A stretch of 64,000 nt of DNA from Okamejei kenojei (lineage: Eukaryota), in the NCBI GenBank assembly GCA_035221665.1, contig CM069139.1, forward strand, positions 4,030,001-4,094,000, given 5' to 3'. The first letter of the stretch is position 1. Each line of letters begins with the position of its first letter. The translations under genes were made by a program, and so were the position numbers. This document shows positions 12,117-24,610 of this stretch, piece by piece. Under the pieces are notes generated by a model that was not told where the DNA came from, searched no databases, and saw only the letters and a list, made by a program, of their open reading frames with translations.

Positions 12117-12860
12117 GCCCCACAACCCTGTATCAACCCGACACTGATCGACAACCCTGTATCAACCCAACACTGATCAACAGCCCTGTATCACACTGAT
12201 CCACAAACACCCTGTATCACAACCCCACACTGATCCACACCCCTGTATCAACCCCACACTGATCGACAACCCTGTATCAACCCCACACTGATCAACAGCC
12301 CTGTATCAACCCCACACTGATCCACACCCCTGTATCAACCCCACACTGATCCACCCCTGTATCAACCCCACACTGATCCACACCCTGTATCAATCCCCAT
12401 CACTGATCCACATATACCTGTATAAAACACACACAGGTTTCCCACACCCCTGTATCAACCCAATACCCACTTGATCCCAAACCCCTGTATCACACTGATC
12501 TGTTCACACCCCTGTATCAAATCCACACCTGTTCAACAGTCCCTGTATCAACCCCACACAGATCACATGGATCCCTGTATCAACCCACACTGATCAACAG
12601 CCATGTATCATACCCCACACTGATACACAACCTGTATCAATGCTACGCTGAATACAACAGCCCTGTATCAAGCCCACACTGATCGACAGCCCTGTATCAA
12701 CCCCACACTGATCCACACCCCTGTATCAACCCCACACTGATCCACACCCCTGTATCAACCCCACACTGATCCACAGCCCTGTATCAACCCCACACTGATC
12801 CACAGCCCTGTATCAACGCCACACTGATCCACACCCCTGTATCAACCCCACACTGATCCT
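12117..12860. repeat. ~30-bp minisatellite (CCCTGTATCAACCCCACACTGATCCACAC)
   Basis: About 25 tandem imperfect copies, ending ~60 bp before the exon at 12920. Confidence 0.95.
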
Positions 12861-12919
12861 GTGGTTTCCCGTCTGGTCTGGGGATCGGTAAAGCGTGAGC
12901 TTGGTGCGGCACCACTCAC

Positions 12920-13093
12920 CGGTCCTGGATCTCTCCGGCAGTCACTCCCCACACCTCCTCCGCCTCCCGCAGCCTCTCCTGAGCCTCTCCGGCCAGACTC
13001 GAGCCCAGCAGCCTGTTAGCCTGCTCCCGCAATCCCTGCAGCTCCTCTGCCTCCCGCTGTACATCCTGCTCCAACTCCACCAGGGATAGGGAC
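12920..13093 (-). CDS. SYNE2: Nesprin-2 spectrin-repeat exon (SLSLVELEQDVQREAEELQGLREQANRL...EEVWGVTAGEIQDR)
   Basis: GGCAG|G acceptor and CG|GTGAGT donor; 174 nt, phase 2-2. Helical heptads with the spectrin-repeat Trp. Confidence 0.85.
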
Positions 13094-13159
13094 CTGCCCT
13101 CAGGATTCGAGAGTGAAAGTGCACAGTTAGAGCACACAATCTCACACATGCATCACAAT

Positions 13160-13705
13160 CAGTGGCCACAGAGGGCAGGGCAGGAGAGTTGCTGGTTTAC
13201 AGCACCAGAGACCCGGGTTTGAACCTGACTAGGGGTGCTGTCTGTGTGGGATTTGTACGTTCTCCCCATGACCTCTGTGGGCTTTCTCCGGGTGCTTCGA
13301 TTTCCTCCCACACTCCAAAGACGTACAGGTGTGTAGGTCAATTGGCTTGTATTTCGATTTTATAAATTGTCCTTTCTAGTGGTACGGGGATTGTTGGTCG
13401 GTGTGGACTCAGTGGGCCAAAGGACCAGTTTCCATGCTATATTTCTATATTAAACCCACATTTGATGCTGACTACAGATGCTGTTTGTGTGGAGTTTGCA
13501 CGTTCTCCTTGTGACCGCATGGATTTCCTCCGGGTGCTCCGGTTTCCTCCCACATCCCAAAGACGTGCGGATTTGTAGGTTAATTGACCCCTGTAACGTG
13601 TCCCTAGTGTGCAGGATATTGCTAGTGTGTAGGGGATGATTGCTGATCGGCAAGATTGAAGTGCCTGTTTCCGCTCTCTATCTCTAAGCAATAAACTGAA
13701 CTGAC
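13160..13705 (+). mobile_element. Two adjacent V-SINE (HE1-like) copies
   Basis: tRNA-like head with a B-box-like GGTTTGAACC, followed by the V-domain GGAGTTTGCACGTTCTCC...GGTTTCCTCCCACATCCCAAAGACGT and a CR1-like tail. The second copy is 5'-truncated. Confidence 0.8.
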
Positions 13706-13781
13706 TATGACAATAATAAACCTAGAACTGGTGTTGACTGGGTGGGATTACCCGGTTTATAACCAGGCAACCTGGACCTAC

Positions 13782-13802
13782 CTGGCCTGCACTACGGGCA
13801 GA

Positions 13803-13836
<34 letters not shown>

Positions 13837-14087
13837 TGGCTTCAGGTAGCGGCACAGCAGCAGCCCTCTCTGCAATGTCCCGCAGTGACCCCACCAGTCT
13901 GCTCTGCCTTGCGTGCAGCTCCTCCTGCCCCGCATCCTCCGCCACGCAACCTAGCGGCTCCACCAGGTCCCAGCACGAGAGGGCATGTCCAGACTGCCCA
14001 TCTGCCAGAATGCCGGACGTCTCCAACGTCTCGACCAGCTGCCGGCCACTCAACGACAGTGCCTCCTCCTCCAGGGATGCTGACCGC
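13782..14087 (-). CDS. SYNE2: Nesprin-2 exon (RSASLEEEAL...SCWDLVEPL...RLVGSLRDIAERAAAVPLPEAT[G-run]TLPVVQAR)
   Basis: CTCAG|G acceptor and AG|GTAGGT donor; 306 nt, phase 2-2. Resembles recalled human SCENLLDAF...KDPTVPAVKHR. Contains a suspicious poly-C run at 13806-13835. Confidence 0.8.
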
Positions 14088-14269
14088 CTGAGATAAACCA
14101 ACCAACCATCATTACACACGGGAGGTAGGGGAGAGGGCTGAGAATGAGCCTCCATTTAATAAGGGGCTGGCATGAATGGGAATGAAAAACTTGGAACTAC
14201 AGGCCAGGGAGCTGGTTACTGGAAGGATAGGACATGCATGCATTTGGATAGACAGGTGTCGCCCAGCAC

Positions 14270-14570
14270 ACGCACTAGCAGTAGAGTTGATGCCTTACCG
14301 TGCCAGAGACCTGGGTTCGATCCTGACTATGGGCGCTGTCTGTACGGAGTTTGTACGTTCACCCCGTGGCCTGTGTGGGTTTTCTCTGGGTGCTCCAGTT
14401 TCCTCCCACACTCCAAAGATGTACAGGTTTGTAGGCTAATTGGCTTGGTGTAATTGTAAATTGTTCCTCATGTGTGTAGGATAGTGTGAGTGGGTCAGGA
14501 TCGCTGGTCGGCGCAGACTCAGTAAGCTGCAGGGCCCGTTTCCACGCTGTATCTCTAAACTGAACTAAAA
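14270..14570 (+). mobile_element. V-SINE (HE1-like), near full length
   Basis: Head with B-box GGTTCGATCC, V-domain, and a tail ending CTAAACTGAACTAAA. Confidence 0.85.
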
Positions 14571-14574
14571 ATGA

Positions 14575-15305
14575 GGGATAGTTCGCGAGGTTCTGTACAT
14601 AAGAGACCGTGTCTTGTGAATCTGATTGTTCTCTGAAAATGTGACCCAAAAGGTTGATGAGGAGAGAGTTGCAGATGATGTCTATAGGAACGTCAGCAAG
14701 GCATTTGGTAAGGTTCCACATGGTGGCTGCTCTGGAGGATTCGATCGCATGGGATCCAGGGTGAGATGGCCGAATGGATAGAGAATTGGCTTCATGCAAA
14801 GGGTGATGGTGGAAGGTTGCTTCTCGGACTGAAGGCCTGTGACTAGTGGTGGGCCTCAGGGATCAGTGCTAGACATGTGTTTGTGGTTTATATCAATGAT
14901 TTGGATGAGAATGTACAAGGCATGATTAGTAAGTATACTGATGGTGGTATAGATTACGAAGATGGTTGACAAAATTCACAACAGGTTCTTAATCAGTAAG
15001 GGGTAAGCCAATTAGAATGGAGATGAGGAAAAACCTTTTTACACAGAGGGTTGTGAATATGGAATTTTCTGCCTCAGAAAGCAGTGGAGGCCAATTCTCT
15101 ATGCTTTCTGGAGAGAGTTAGACAGAGCTCTTAAAGATAGCGGAGTCGGGATTGTGGGGAGAGGAAAAGCAGTGGAATCGGTTCTGTAGGAACTAGTAGG
15201 TAGAGCCAAAGAGTACTGAAGTGTGGATGATCAGCCATGATCATATTGAATGGTGGTGCTGGCTCGAAAGGGCTGAATGGCCTACTCCTGCTCCTATTGT
15301 CTATG
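14575..15305 (+). mobile_element. CR1 LINE fragments (RT pieces and 3' end)
   Basis: KAF.KVPH and TSG.PQGSVL coding stretches, and the 3'UTR GGCTCGAAAGGGCTGAATGGCCTACTCCTGC with a CTATTGT tail. Confidence 0.8.
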
Positions 15306-15899
15306 ATTCTATTGAGCGGGAACCCTGGCTGCTTCACTAGACGTGAGAAGTCTAGGATCGGGCAGCATCTGTGGAAGGAACACATCCACCAGCCTGTAGA
15401 AGGGTCGCGACCCAAAACATCCTCTGTCCCTACCTCCACAGATGCTGCCCGATCCGCTGAGTTCCTCCAGCCCTTCCTCAGCAAGGAAACACCAGAGGCC
15501 ACCTCTAGCACAAGCCTGTGTTTTGCTCCAATGTCTGGGTTGTGCTTTGCACCATGTATTGTAGGGCAGCCAACATCACCAGAGAGCCACACCAGCCTGG
15601 CCACGATCTCACCTCACTCCTGGTGTGGGGTGCGGGAAGCTCTCACACGAGGCTGAATCACTAACTGCCTGCAGATCTTTCCCTCGGCCTTAGTTTTTGT
15701 ATTTTGTCATACTGTATTGTGCTTTATTACATGTACTGAATCTCTGCCTTTTTTGTTCATATATTATCTACCTGAGCACGGTGTAACAGACGTGTTGCGC
15801 AAATTAACTATATGTAATTGATCTGTCGGCGTCCCGGGGGTGGGTTGATGGTAATCAAACACTTGACTTAGTTGTGTGCAGTCCTTTTCCTTTTAAGGC

Positions 15900-17250
15900 T
15901 GTTTGATTGGTGTGTGTGCATCTGTGTTGTGTGAGTGATGTGTGAGTGTGTATGAGTGAATGTGCGCGAGTGTGCATGTGTGTAAGTCTGGTGTATGAGT
16001 GAATGCGTGAGACTGAGAGAGAGAGTGCATGTGTGTGTGTGAGGACTGTGTGGCCTTGTGCAGGAGGGATATGAGCCAAACGCAGGACATGGTGGGACGA
16101 GGTTGTAGCTTAGAGAGACATTGTGTGGTGTGGAGTGAGTTGGGGCGAGGGGAGGGCTGTTTCCACACTGGATCACTCTATGGTGTGAGTGTATGTGCCT
16201 GTGGTGTTGCCGGTGAGCAGGTGGGGCTTTGCCACGTGCACTCTCTACCTCATATACCAGGAGGCGCGGGTGGTCGGTGAGTGCGGGGGGGGGGGGGGGG
16301 GGGTGATGATCGCTACTCACCCTGCCTCGTGTTGTGCTGCTGCCCCACACGGTGCAGTGAGTGCCGGCTCCTACCCTCACACCGCGCAACCGGGACCCTC
16401 CACATCCGGCACACTCTACCCCACGTCACCACTGTCTGCTCAAATCCGGTCACCACGAAACACCAGCCTGGCAAAACACACCGAGTGGTCAACCTCGACT
16501 GTAACCACACTTCTCATATTACACACCACACTCAACATCCATATATCAATTCCTCACACACACATTTTTAATTACAAACACTTCCACACATAGTATATAT
16601 TTTATATACCACACAACATAAACACAAACACATATATTTCGCGTAAAACANNNNNNNNNNNNNNNNNNNNNNNNNNNNNNNNNNNNNNNNNNNNNNNNNN
16701 NNNNNNNNNNNNNNNNNNNNNNNNNNNNNNNNNNNNNNNNNNNNNNNNNNNNNNNNNNNNNNNNNNNNNNNNNNNNNNNNNNNNNNNNNNNNNNNNNNNN
16801 NNNTATAAACACACACACCTATATAAATACACTCACGCGCGCACATATATATATTTATACACACATATAAAATCACAACACCTATTTATTAGATACACTC
16901 ACCGAAGCGACATATATATACACACACACGCACATTTATATACCGCGCTGCTTGCACAAGCACACAATTTATATTTATACTATATATATTTTTATACATC
17001 AAAACACACATACTTACTATATACTCACATATATACACTATACACAAGCATCCAGGCGTGCACACGCCACTCACATATACTCACACATTCACAATCTCAC
17101 ACATACACACGTGTGCACACTCACACACGCTCAAATACACGGATACAGTACATACATTCACACACACAGACTCACGCACATGCACGCAGACTTTGAGACA
17201 AGACAGACACACATGTAGACACACAGAGACAGACAGCACCCATGCGCACA
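15900..17250. repeat. TG-rich then CA/TA-rich low-complexity region spanning a 153-N gap (16651-16803)
   Basis: Degenerate dinucleotide repeats; N run seen directly. Confidence 0.8.
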
Positions 17251-17292
17251 CAGTCACAATCCCGCTCCCCAGTCTGAGGAAGGTCCAGGTAC

Positions 17293-17436
17293 CTGGGGCA
17301 GTGTGAGAGCAGAGCGGTCACTCGGGGCCCCTGGCCCCGGTGGGGACCCGGCCTCGCGGGGAACCACACAGGACGTGCGTCGCTCCACCTCCTCCCTCAG
17401 CCACTGCACGTGAGCCGAGATGTCCGTCTGCACCAG
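17293..17436 (-). CDS. SYNE2: Nesprin-2 exon (LVQTDISAHVQWLREEVERR...ALTLPQ)
   Basis: CTTGCAG|CTG acceptor and CAG|GTACCT donor; 144 nt, phase 0-0. The start resembles recalled human SLHHELSLYVQQLKIDIEK. Confidence 0.75.
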
Positions 17437-17719
17437 CTGCAAGATCAACCGCACCCATCAGCTCAACCCTGCAGAGAGGAGCGCCCTTCAGCCCACCCCA
17501 TCCATGCTAGCCCTTCTGCTCCACACCTACCCACCCAGCCCATCTCCCTGCCGCAGAGAGGAGCGCCCTTCAGCCCACCCTATCCATGCTAGCCTTGCTG
17601 CTCCATCCCTACCCACCCCCCAACGCACCCTGACCATCTCTCATCATCTTCCACCATTAAACCAGCTCCCAATGTAATCCAATCCCACTGTCCACTTCAC
17701 TGGAATCACACACCTGCAG

Positions 17720-19975
17720 GAATGTTTCAAAGAGGTACCCAAGGGGATCAATGATGGCAGAGAGGTAGACGTTGTCTATATGGGCTTTAGCAAGGCCTTT
17801 GTAAAGGTTCCACATGTTAGGTTCCACAACCTTTTCACACGGAGAGTTGTGAGTCTGTGGAATTCTCTGCCTCAGAGAGCAGTGGAGGTCGGCTCTCTGG
17901 ATACTTTCAAGAGAGAGCTAGATAGGGCTCTTAAAGATAGTGGAGTCGGGATATGGGGCGAAGGCAGGAACGGGGTACTGATTGTGGATGATCAGCCATG
18001 ATCACATTGAATGGAACTGCTGGCTCGAAGGGCCGAATGGCCAACTCCTGCACCTATTGTCTATAGAAAAGAACTGTAGATGCTGGTTTAAAACAAAGAT
18101 AGACACAAAAAGCTGTAGTAACTCAGTGGGACAGGCTGCATCTCTGAAGCGAAGGAATGGGTGACGTTTCGGGTCGAGACCCTTCTTCCACATGGGAAGC
18201 TGCTCTGGAAGGTAGATTGCATGGGATCCAGGGAGAGCTAGCGGACAGGAATTCTCTTGACAGAGGGAAGCAGAGGGTAATGTGGAAGGTTGTATTTTTT
18301 GGACTGGACGTCTGATTAGTGGTGTGCCTCAGGGTTTGGTGCTGGGCCTGTTGCTGTTTGTCATCTATATCAATTTGGGTGAGAATGTAGAAGGCACAAT
18401 TAGTAAGTTTGCTGATAACACTGTGGTGGGTGGGTGGGTGTTATTGCAGGTAGCGAAGGTGGTTGTCAAAAAATACAGCAGGATCTTGATCGGTTGGGCA
18501 AGTGGGCTGTGCAATGGCAAATAGAGTTAATGCAGATAATTGCGAGATGTTAGGTTTTTTTTATTGGTTTTAGTTTATTGTCAAGTGTACCGAGGTACAG
18601 TGGAAACCTTTTGACAATAGACAATAGGTGCAGGAGGAGGCCATTCGGCCCTTCGAGCCAGCACTGCCATTCATTGTGATCATGGCTGATCATCCCCAAT
18701 CAGTACCCCGTTCCTGCCTTCTCCCCATATCCCCCGACTCCGCTATCTTCAAGAGCTCCATCTAACTCTCTCTTGACAGCTATGTTATACTTCTCTTTTA
18801 TTTTATACTGTCCCTGACGTCCCTTGTCAGCCATGGTCGCCCCTTACTCCGCTTGGGATCTTTCTTCCTCTTTGGAATGAACTGATCCTGCACCTTCTGT
18901 ATTATTCCCAGAAACACTGCCATTGTTGTTCCACTGTCATCCCTGGCTAGTGTCTCTTTCCCAGTCAACCTTTGGCCTCGCCTCCTCCCTCATAGGCCCA
19001 CCATAGTCCCATTTATTCAACTGTTAAACACTGACACCCACCGATCCATCCTTTCTCCCATCTCCAATTGTAGATTAAACCTCGATCCATGTTATCGGTC
19101 ACTAACTCCTAATGGAGCTCCATTAACCTCGAGGTCCTTTATAATCATTACAAATCTAAATCCAGAATTGGCCCTTCTCCCTGGTAGGGTCCAATACAAG
19201 CTGCTCTAAGAATCCATCACAGAGGCACTCCAGATGCGTGCGATCCAGTCAGCAGAAAGACTACACATGATTACAGTTGTGCCACATACAGTGTATGGAT
19301 GGAGATTTAAGAGCGTGTAGCGGTTGTAATATGTGATTGTAGATTTGCTCCTGTGGTTAGCCCGCAAACAGTCGCCTGGCTGGGCGCCATCTTGGAAGCA
19401 TTTATGGAAGTGAAACCAGGGTGTGAGCTTCACAGTGAGCGGTGGGGCTACGATTAGCCTTCATCAGTTCCCGCAACCGCACCCTCCAAACAGCATGGAA
19501 ACAGGCCCTTTGGCTCAACTTGCCAACACCGACCAACATGTGTACACTAGTCACACCAGCCTGCGTTTGGCTCATATCCCGCTAACCATGTACCTGTTAG
19601 AGGTACATGTACCGATCCCTCCTATCCATGTACCTGTCCAAATGTCTGGTAGACATTGTGATAGTCCCAGCCTCAACTACCTCCTCCGACAGCTCGTTCC
19701 CAACACCCACCACCCTCTGTGTGAAAATGTTACCCCTCAGGTTCCTATTAAATCTTTCCCCTCTCACCTTAAGCCTATGTCCTCTGGTTCTTGATTCCCT
19801 TTCCTGAGTGAAAGACTCAGTGCATCGACCTGTTCTATTCCCCTCATCCTCCTGCGCTCCAAGGAATAAAGTCCTAGCCTGCCCAACCTCTCCCTGTAGA
19901 TCAGGCCCTCCAGTCCTGGCAACATCCTCGTAAATCTTCTCTGCATTCACTACATCTTGACAACATCTTTCCTGC
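17720..19975. mobile_element. Cluster of CR1 fragments on both strands with a Penelope-derived piece (18066-18190)
   Basis: FSKAF.KVPH, ISGVPQGLVLG...ISKFAD (+); CAATAGACAATAG tail (- strand, 18615); RFTRMLPGLEGL.YRERLGRLGLYSLERRR (- strand). Confidence 0.8.
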
Positions 19976-20027
19976 AACCTGTGGTCTGGACCCCCTGCCC
20001 CCCCCCCCCCCGGGTGGGTGGTCTTAC

Positions 20028-20162
20028 CGTCCACTTTCGGCACAGGTCCTCTCGCTGGCCGGCCACCATGAGGCTACTGTCGGGAGTGAGGAGTGTCTGC
20101 ATGTGATGAGTGGAGTCCATGAACCGCTGCAGGACCCCCGACTCAAACGTCTGGATCGTTTC
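20028..20162 (-). CDS. SYNE2: Nesprin-2 spectrin-repeat exon (ETIQTFESGVLQRFMDS...REDLCRKWT)
   Basis: CCTCAG|GAA acceptor and ACG|GTAAGA donor; 135 nt, phase 0-0. Resembles recalled human EALIISNTKSLAKYL...RDVCAKWE. Confidence 0.88.
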
Positions 20163-20209
20163 CTGAGGACGATACACAGGGGGAGGGGGCTTACAGGTGG
20201 TCAGAGCAC

Positions 20210-20760
20210 CCTCACGACCCTCACCCGAACCAATCTCACCCCTCCCTCCCCCAGGCCTCCCTCATCCGAACCAATCCTCACCCCTCCCTCCTCCCAGCCC
20301 TCCCACCCTCAATCCTCCCTACCCCACCCCCAACAACCCTCACGGACCCTCCACCCGAACTCCAACCTCACCCCTCCTCCCCAGCCTCCCACAGCACTCC
20401 CACCTCACCCCTACCCCTTTTTTCCCGAACCACCTCCTCACCTACACCCCTCCCTCCCACAACCACCCCACCCCAAAAACTCCTCACCCCACCAAGCTCA
20501 CCCTCACGGACCCCCCTCACTCTAACCAACCTCACTCCTCCCTTCCCCACCCCCAAAAACCCTCATGACCCCACCCTAACCACCCTCACCTCCCCTTTCC
20601 CTTCCCCACCCCCCCCAGCGATTCACCCCCACTCCTCCCCACCCACTCCCCATACCACCCACCACCACCCCAAAAGCCCTCGCGACCCCCACCCTCATCG
20701 CCTCCTCTCCCCACCCTCACCCCACTCCTCCCCCACCCCCAACAACCCTCACCCCTGCCC
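20210..20760. repeat. C-rich degenerate minisatellite filling the intron
   Basis: Recurrent CTCACCCC/ACCCTC motifs. Confidence 0.75.
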
Positions 20761-20798
20761 AAGCCCCATGGTAGACCCGGCCCATTCCACCATCTAAC

Positions 20799-20966
20799 CT
20801 GGTGCTTGGCCAACAGTTGCTGGGGGCTGCCCTGATCCTGGAGGAAGGACACCGCTCCCTCGATGCAGCCTTCCATCTCTCTCCGAGCGTCTTCAAAGTC
20901 CTTCCTCACGTCGGCCTGCTCCTCACGGTGCTCCCTACCCTCTGCCCAGGGGGCACCCAACGCCTC
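20799..20966 (-). CDS. SYNE2: Nesprin-2 spectrin-repeat exon (EALGAPW...DVRKDFEDARREMEGCIEGAVSFLQDQGSPQQLLAKHQ)
   Basis: Polypyrimidine tract with GTTAG|GAG acceptor and CAG|GTTAGA donor; 168 nt, phase 0-0. Resembles recalled human DIRLKMEESQKELESYM...SPGELISKHK. Confidence 0.88.
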
Positions 20967-21054
20967 CTAACAGAAGAGAGAGAGAGACGTCACACAGAGT
21001 CATGGTCAGTCCCACCCGCACTGCTCCTCCTTCTCCCCCGATCCCCTCCAGCAA

Positions 21055-23130
21055 GAAACAGACACAATCAGGTGCGGAGGAGGCCATTTCAGGCCCTTCA
21101 TGCAGACTGCCATTCATTGTGATATGGATCTGATCATCATAAATCAGGACCCCGTTCCTGTCTTTTGACCCATATCCCTCGATTCCTTTAGGCACTAGGA
21201 GCTAAATCGGTAACTCTTTTGACTCAATCATTCCAGTGGACTTGGCCTCACTGTCTTCTGTGGCAGAGGAATTTCGCTGATTCACAACTCTCTGGTTTGC
21301 AAAAGTTTTTTGTAATCTCAATCACTATATGGCCGAACCCTAGTTCTAAAACTTGGACCCTGGTTTCTGGTACTCCCGCATTGTGGTACATTTTTTCCGC
21401 GCTTCTGCTGTCCAATCCCTTAGAGAATTTTATACTGTTTCTGTATCAAGCAATTGTCCCAGGTAGTCAAGATGGGAGGGCAATACATCGAAGCTCACCT
21501 TCTGAGAAAAGGATACACCAGGGTTGCGTCCTCAGACCCCTATGGGACTCAATTGTACACACTTGACTGTGTGGCTAGAGCTTCAGCTCAATCTACAATC
21601 CAAGTTTGATGGTTGACACTGTGCCTGGTGGGCCTGATCTAAGGCCCCGATGAGAAGGCCTCACCTACCGGGTGGAGTTGGTGTTCTGCACTCTCTGGTG
21701 TCAGGACAAGGAGCTGATTGTGGACTTTAGGAGGGCACACCATCAAACATCCGAGGTCGTAACACCATTGTAGAGATATTAATTGGGGATACGGTGGATA
21801 GGGTGAGCTGTTTAAATTACATGGACGTCCATCATCTCATAGGATCTGACATGGGTCATCGCATCGCTGCACAATGGTGAGTAAGGCAAGGCAGCGCCTG
21901 TAACACCTAAGGAAGCCGAGAGGGAAATTCTGAGTCTCTCTGACGATCCTCCTGTGCTTTCTACTCAGCCGGGCTGTTTGGAAGCATCTTTGTCGGAAAC
22001 ATTACAATCTGGGTTTTGGGCGCTGCATTGCCCAGGACAAAGAGGCTCAGCAGAGAGTAGTGCGTTCGGCCGAACGCGAAATATGGGAATTTCACGCCCT
22101 CTGCAGGTACTGCCAAAATCAGGAGGTGCAGATACAGAGCCAACAATATCATGGAGACCCCTTCCACTCCACGCATTGGGATGTTCTTGCCTCTGGCTGT
22201 CAAGCTCGTGAAACTGAGAGGATGAGGCGGAGTTTTTTAACACAGGAGGACATTCGGGACTGTAAGCTCCTATCTCAACAGGACGCAATTACTGAACCTT
22301 TTTTCTGTTGTTAGTGATGTCTTTTTACTTGCTGTTTGTTCTTTCTTTTTTCTCCCAAAAAAATGTAATTCCATTCTGTTTTGTCGGGTTTTTTGCACTA
22401 TCGGCGTGCATGGCCACTTTTCATTAGAAACTGCACATCTCTGTATGCGTATGTGACGTATATAAATGCAATTGGACTTGAGATCCACTCCGTCTTTCTA
22501 AATTCCAGTTGAATACAAGCCCATTGCCAATCACTCTTCTTTCAACATATGTCAGTCCTGCCATATTCGGGGAATGTGCCTTGTGACCTACCCTGTCAAG
22601 AATGTTCCATGCTCAAAGTCGGGAGACACAAACCTGCACACAATACTCCAGGTGTGCTTCACCAGGGCCCTGTACACTCCTGCAGTTGGGCCTCATTGAT
22701 CGATACTCAAAATCTCCTCAGGGCAGAAGATTCACGAAGCTTGGAAAGCACGCACCACCAGACTCTGGAAAAACAGCTGCTTCCCTCGGTCGTATCAGGC
22801 CTTCCTGAACCGGACCTTAGCCATTAAGCTGTGTTGGTTTACTGTCGATGCACCTCTTACCATGCGGACATTGGACTTTGTCTGGCCAAATATGAGTTAC
22901 AATCAATGAGAACTCTTATGTCAGCACTCTGTGTACTGTCCACCTTCTTCAGCCTCTACCCATTGTAGCGAGTTGAATCGATCTGGTACCTTGATTTGCT
23001 TACCTGGTTGTACTCGGAGTTCGAACTGATTTGTGTATTTGTGTAGTATCTCTTGATGTGTTTTGGATATGGTGCAAGAACAATGCTTCTCACTTTACCT
23101 CAGCACACGTGACAATATAATCTTATAAAC
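21055..23130. mobile_element. Mosaic: CR1 3' end (minus, 21055-21430) and Rex/Babar RT and 3' ends (plus, ~21450-22480 and 22720-23130)
   Basis: QGCVLRP, KELIVDFR and KARQRL motifs. The Rex 3' motif (GCACCACCAGACTC..AACAGC) recurs at 38680, 46260 and 61730. Confidence 0.7.
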
Positions 23131-23334
23131 TACAAACGGAATCGGAAACACGCCGCCCGTTTGGCCGATCTGTGTTCATGATGAACTTTCTAGCGCATAA
23201 CTACATGACCAACCACTTAATGCATCTTCTCGCTAAATCTTGTTCAGTTTGGAAACAGGCCCTTCAAGTGGCGCACATCCATGCCCATGCTAACCCAAAG
23301 ATGGATTCTGTGCTTCGTCCACATTACCTGTATT

Positions 23335-24610
23335 TGGAACAGTGGTGAAATCATTGGACAAAAGTCTGCATGAATTTTTAGTGAGGGCTTAAATCACGCG
23401 TCTTGACGAATTCTTTTGAATTTTTTGAGGATGTAACTGGTAGAGTGGATAAGGGTGAAGAAGCAGTGGATCGCGCGTGTACTGGACTTTCAGCTAAGGA
23501 TCTTTCGGACATAGGTCTCCTCGCACCACAAGAGTAGCATTCAAACTACTTACACGCACCTCGGTATTGGTGGTTTCAGTTTTTGATGTGGCTCTAGAGA
23601 TCTGGCTGGAAGACAGGAAGACAAGAGGAGTAGGAGTGCAATGTGGTCCTTTGTCAAGGATGGCGCAGATCCAGTCTAGTGGACTAGGGGGGTGCCGCAA
23701 GGCTCAGTTGCTGGGGACCCCAGCTATTTACATTATACATTAATGATTTGGACGACTCCGCGCTGGGGAAATTATATCGCCAACATCTCAATGTTTTGCG
23801 GGGATTGACTCGATAGCTGCGGGGGCAGTGTTTAGCAGTGTGGGAGGATGGTAGGAGGCTGCAGGATGACTTGGATAGAATGGGTGTCCCGTGGGCCATA
23901 TGCTTGGCTAGAAGGCAGTATAATGTGGATAAATGTGAGGTTATCCACATTTGGTGGGAAAAAAAAAACAGGTAAGTAGACTATTATTTGAATGGTGGCC
24001 GAAATTAGGAAAAGGGGAGAGAATGCAACGCGACCTGGGTGTGTCTTGGGTTCACACCAGTCATTGTTAGTAGGCATAACAGGTGCAGGCAGGTGTGAAG
24101 AAAGAAATGGTATGTTAGCATTCATAGCAAAAAGCGATTTTTAGTACAAGAGCAGGGTGCGTTTACTGCAGTTGTTACAGGGTCTTGGTGTCTAGGCCAC
24201 ACCTTGAGCTATTGCGTACTGTTTTGGTCTTCCTATTCTGAGGGAAAATTGACATTCTTGCCATAGTGGGAGTACAGAGAAGGTTCACAGACTGATTCCT
24301 GGGATGGCAACGACTTCCATAGGAAGAAAGACTGGATAGACTCGGCTAGTACTCGCTGGTAATTTAGCAGTTTGAGGGGGTTGATCTCTAGAGATTACAA
24401 AATTCATAAGGGGTTGGACAGGCTTGATGCAGGAAGTTTGTTCCGTGTTGGGGGAAGTCAAGCGACTCAAGGGTGGGTCACAGGTTAAGGATAAGGGGAT
24501 GTCTTTTAAGGACCGAGAGACCATTGAAACCAGAGCCGTGCAGCCAAAGTGATTGAGGACAGACACGAGTTTACCCGAGATGAGTAAAATATTTTTCACA
24601 CAGAGTGGTG
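23335..24610 (+). mobile_element. CR1 LINE ORF2 RT half, degraded
   Basis: Colinear with 27670-28770 and 40310-41500 (SGEIIGQ, GVPQGS, QRRFT). Confidence 0.85.

Noticed and set aside
13160-14570. tRNA genes suggested by B-box-like GGTTCGATCC
   Set aside because: These are SINE heads that run into the V-domain; no complete cloverleaf.
17468-17620. ~83-bp tandem duplication containing an alternative acceptor (CTGCAG at ~17469-17474)
   Set aside because: That acceptor gives the wrong phase and a stop codon; the acceptor at 17437 fits both phase and homology.
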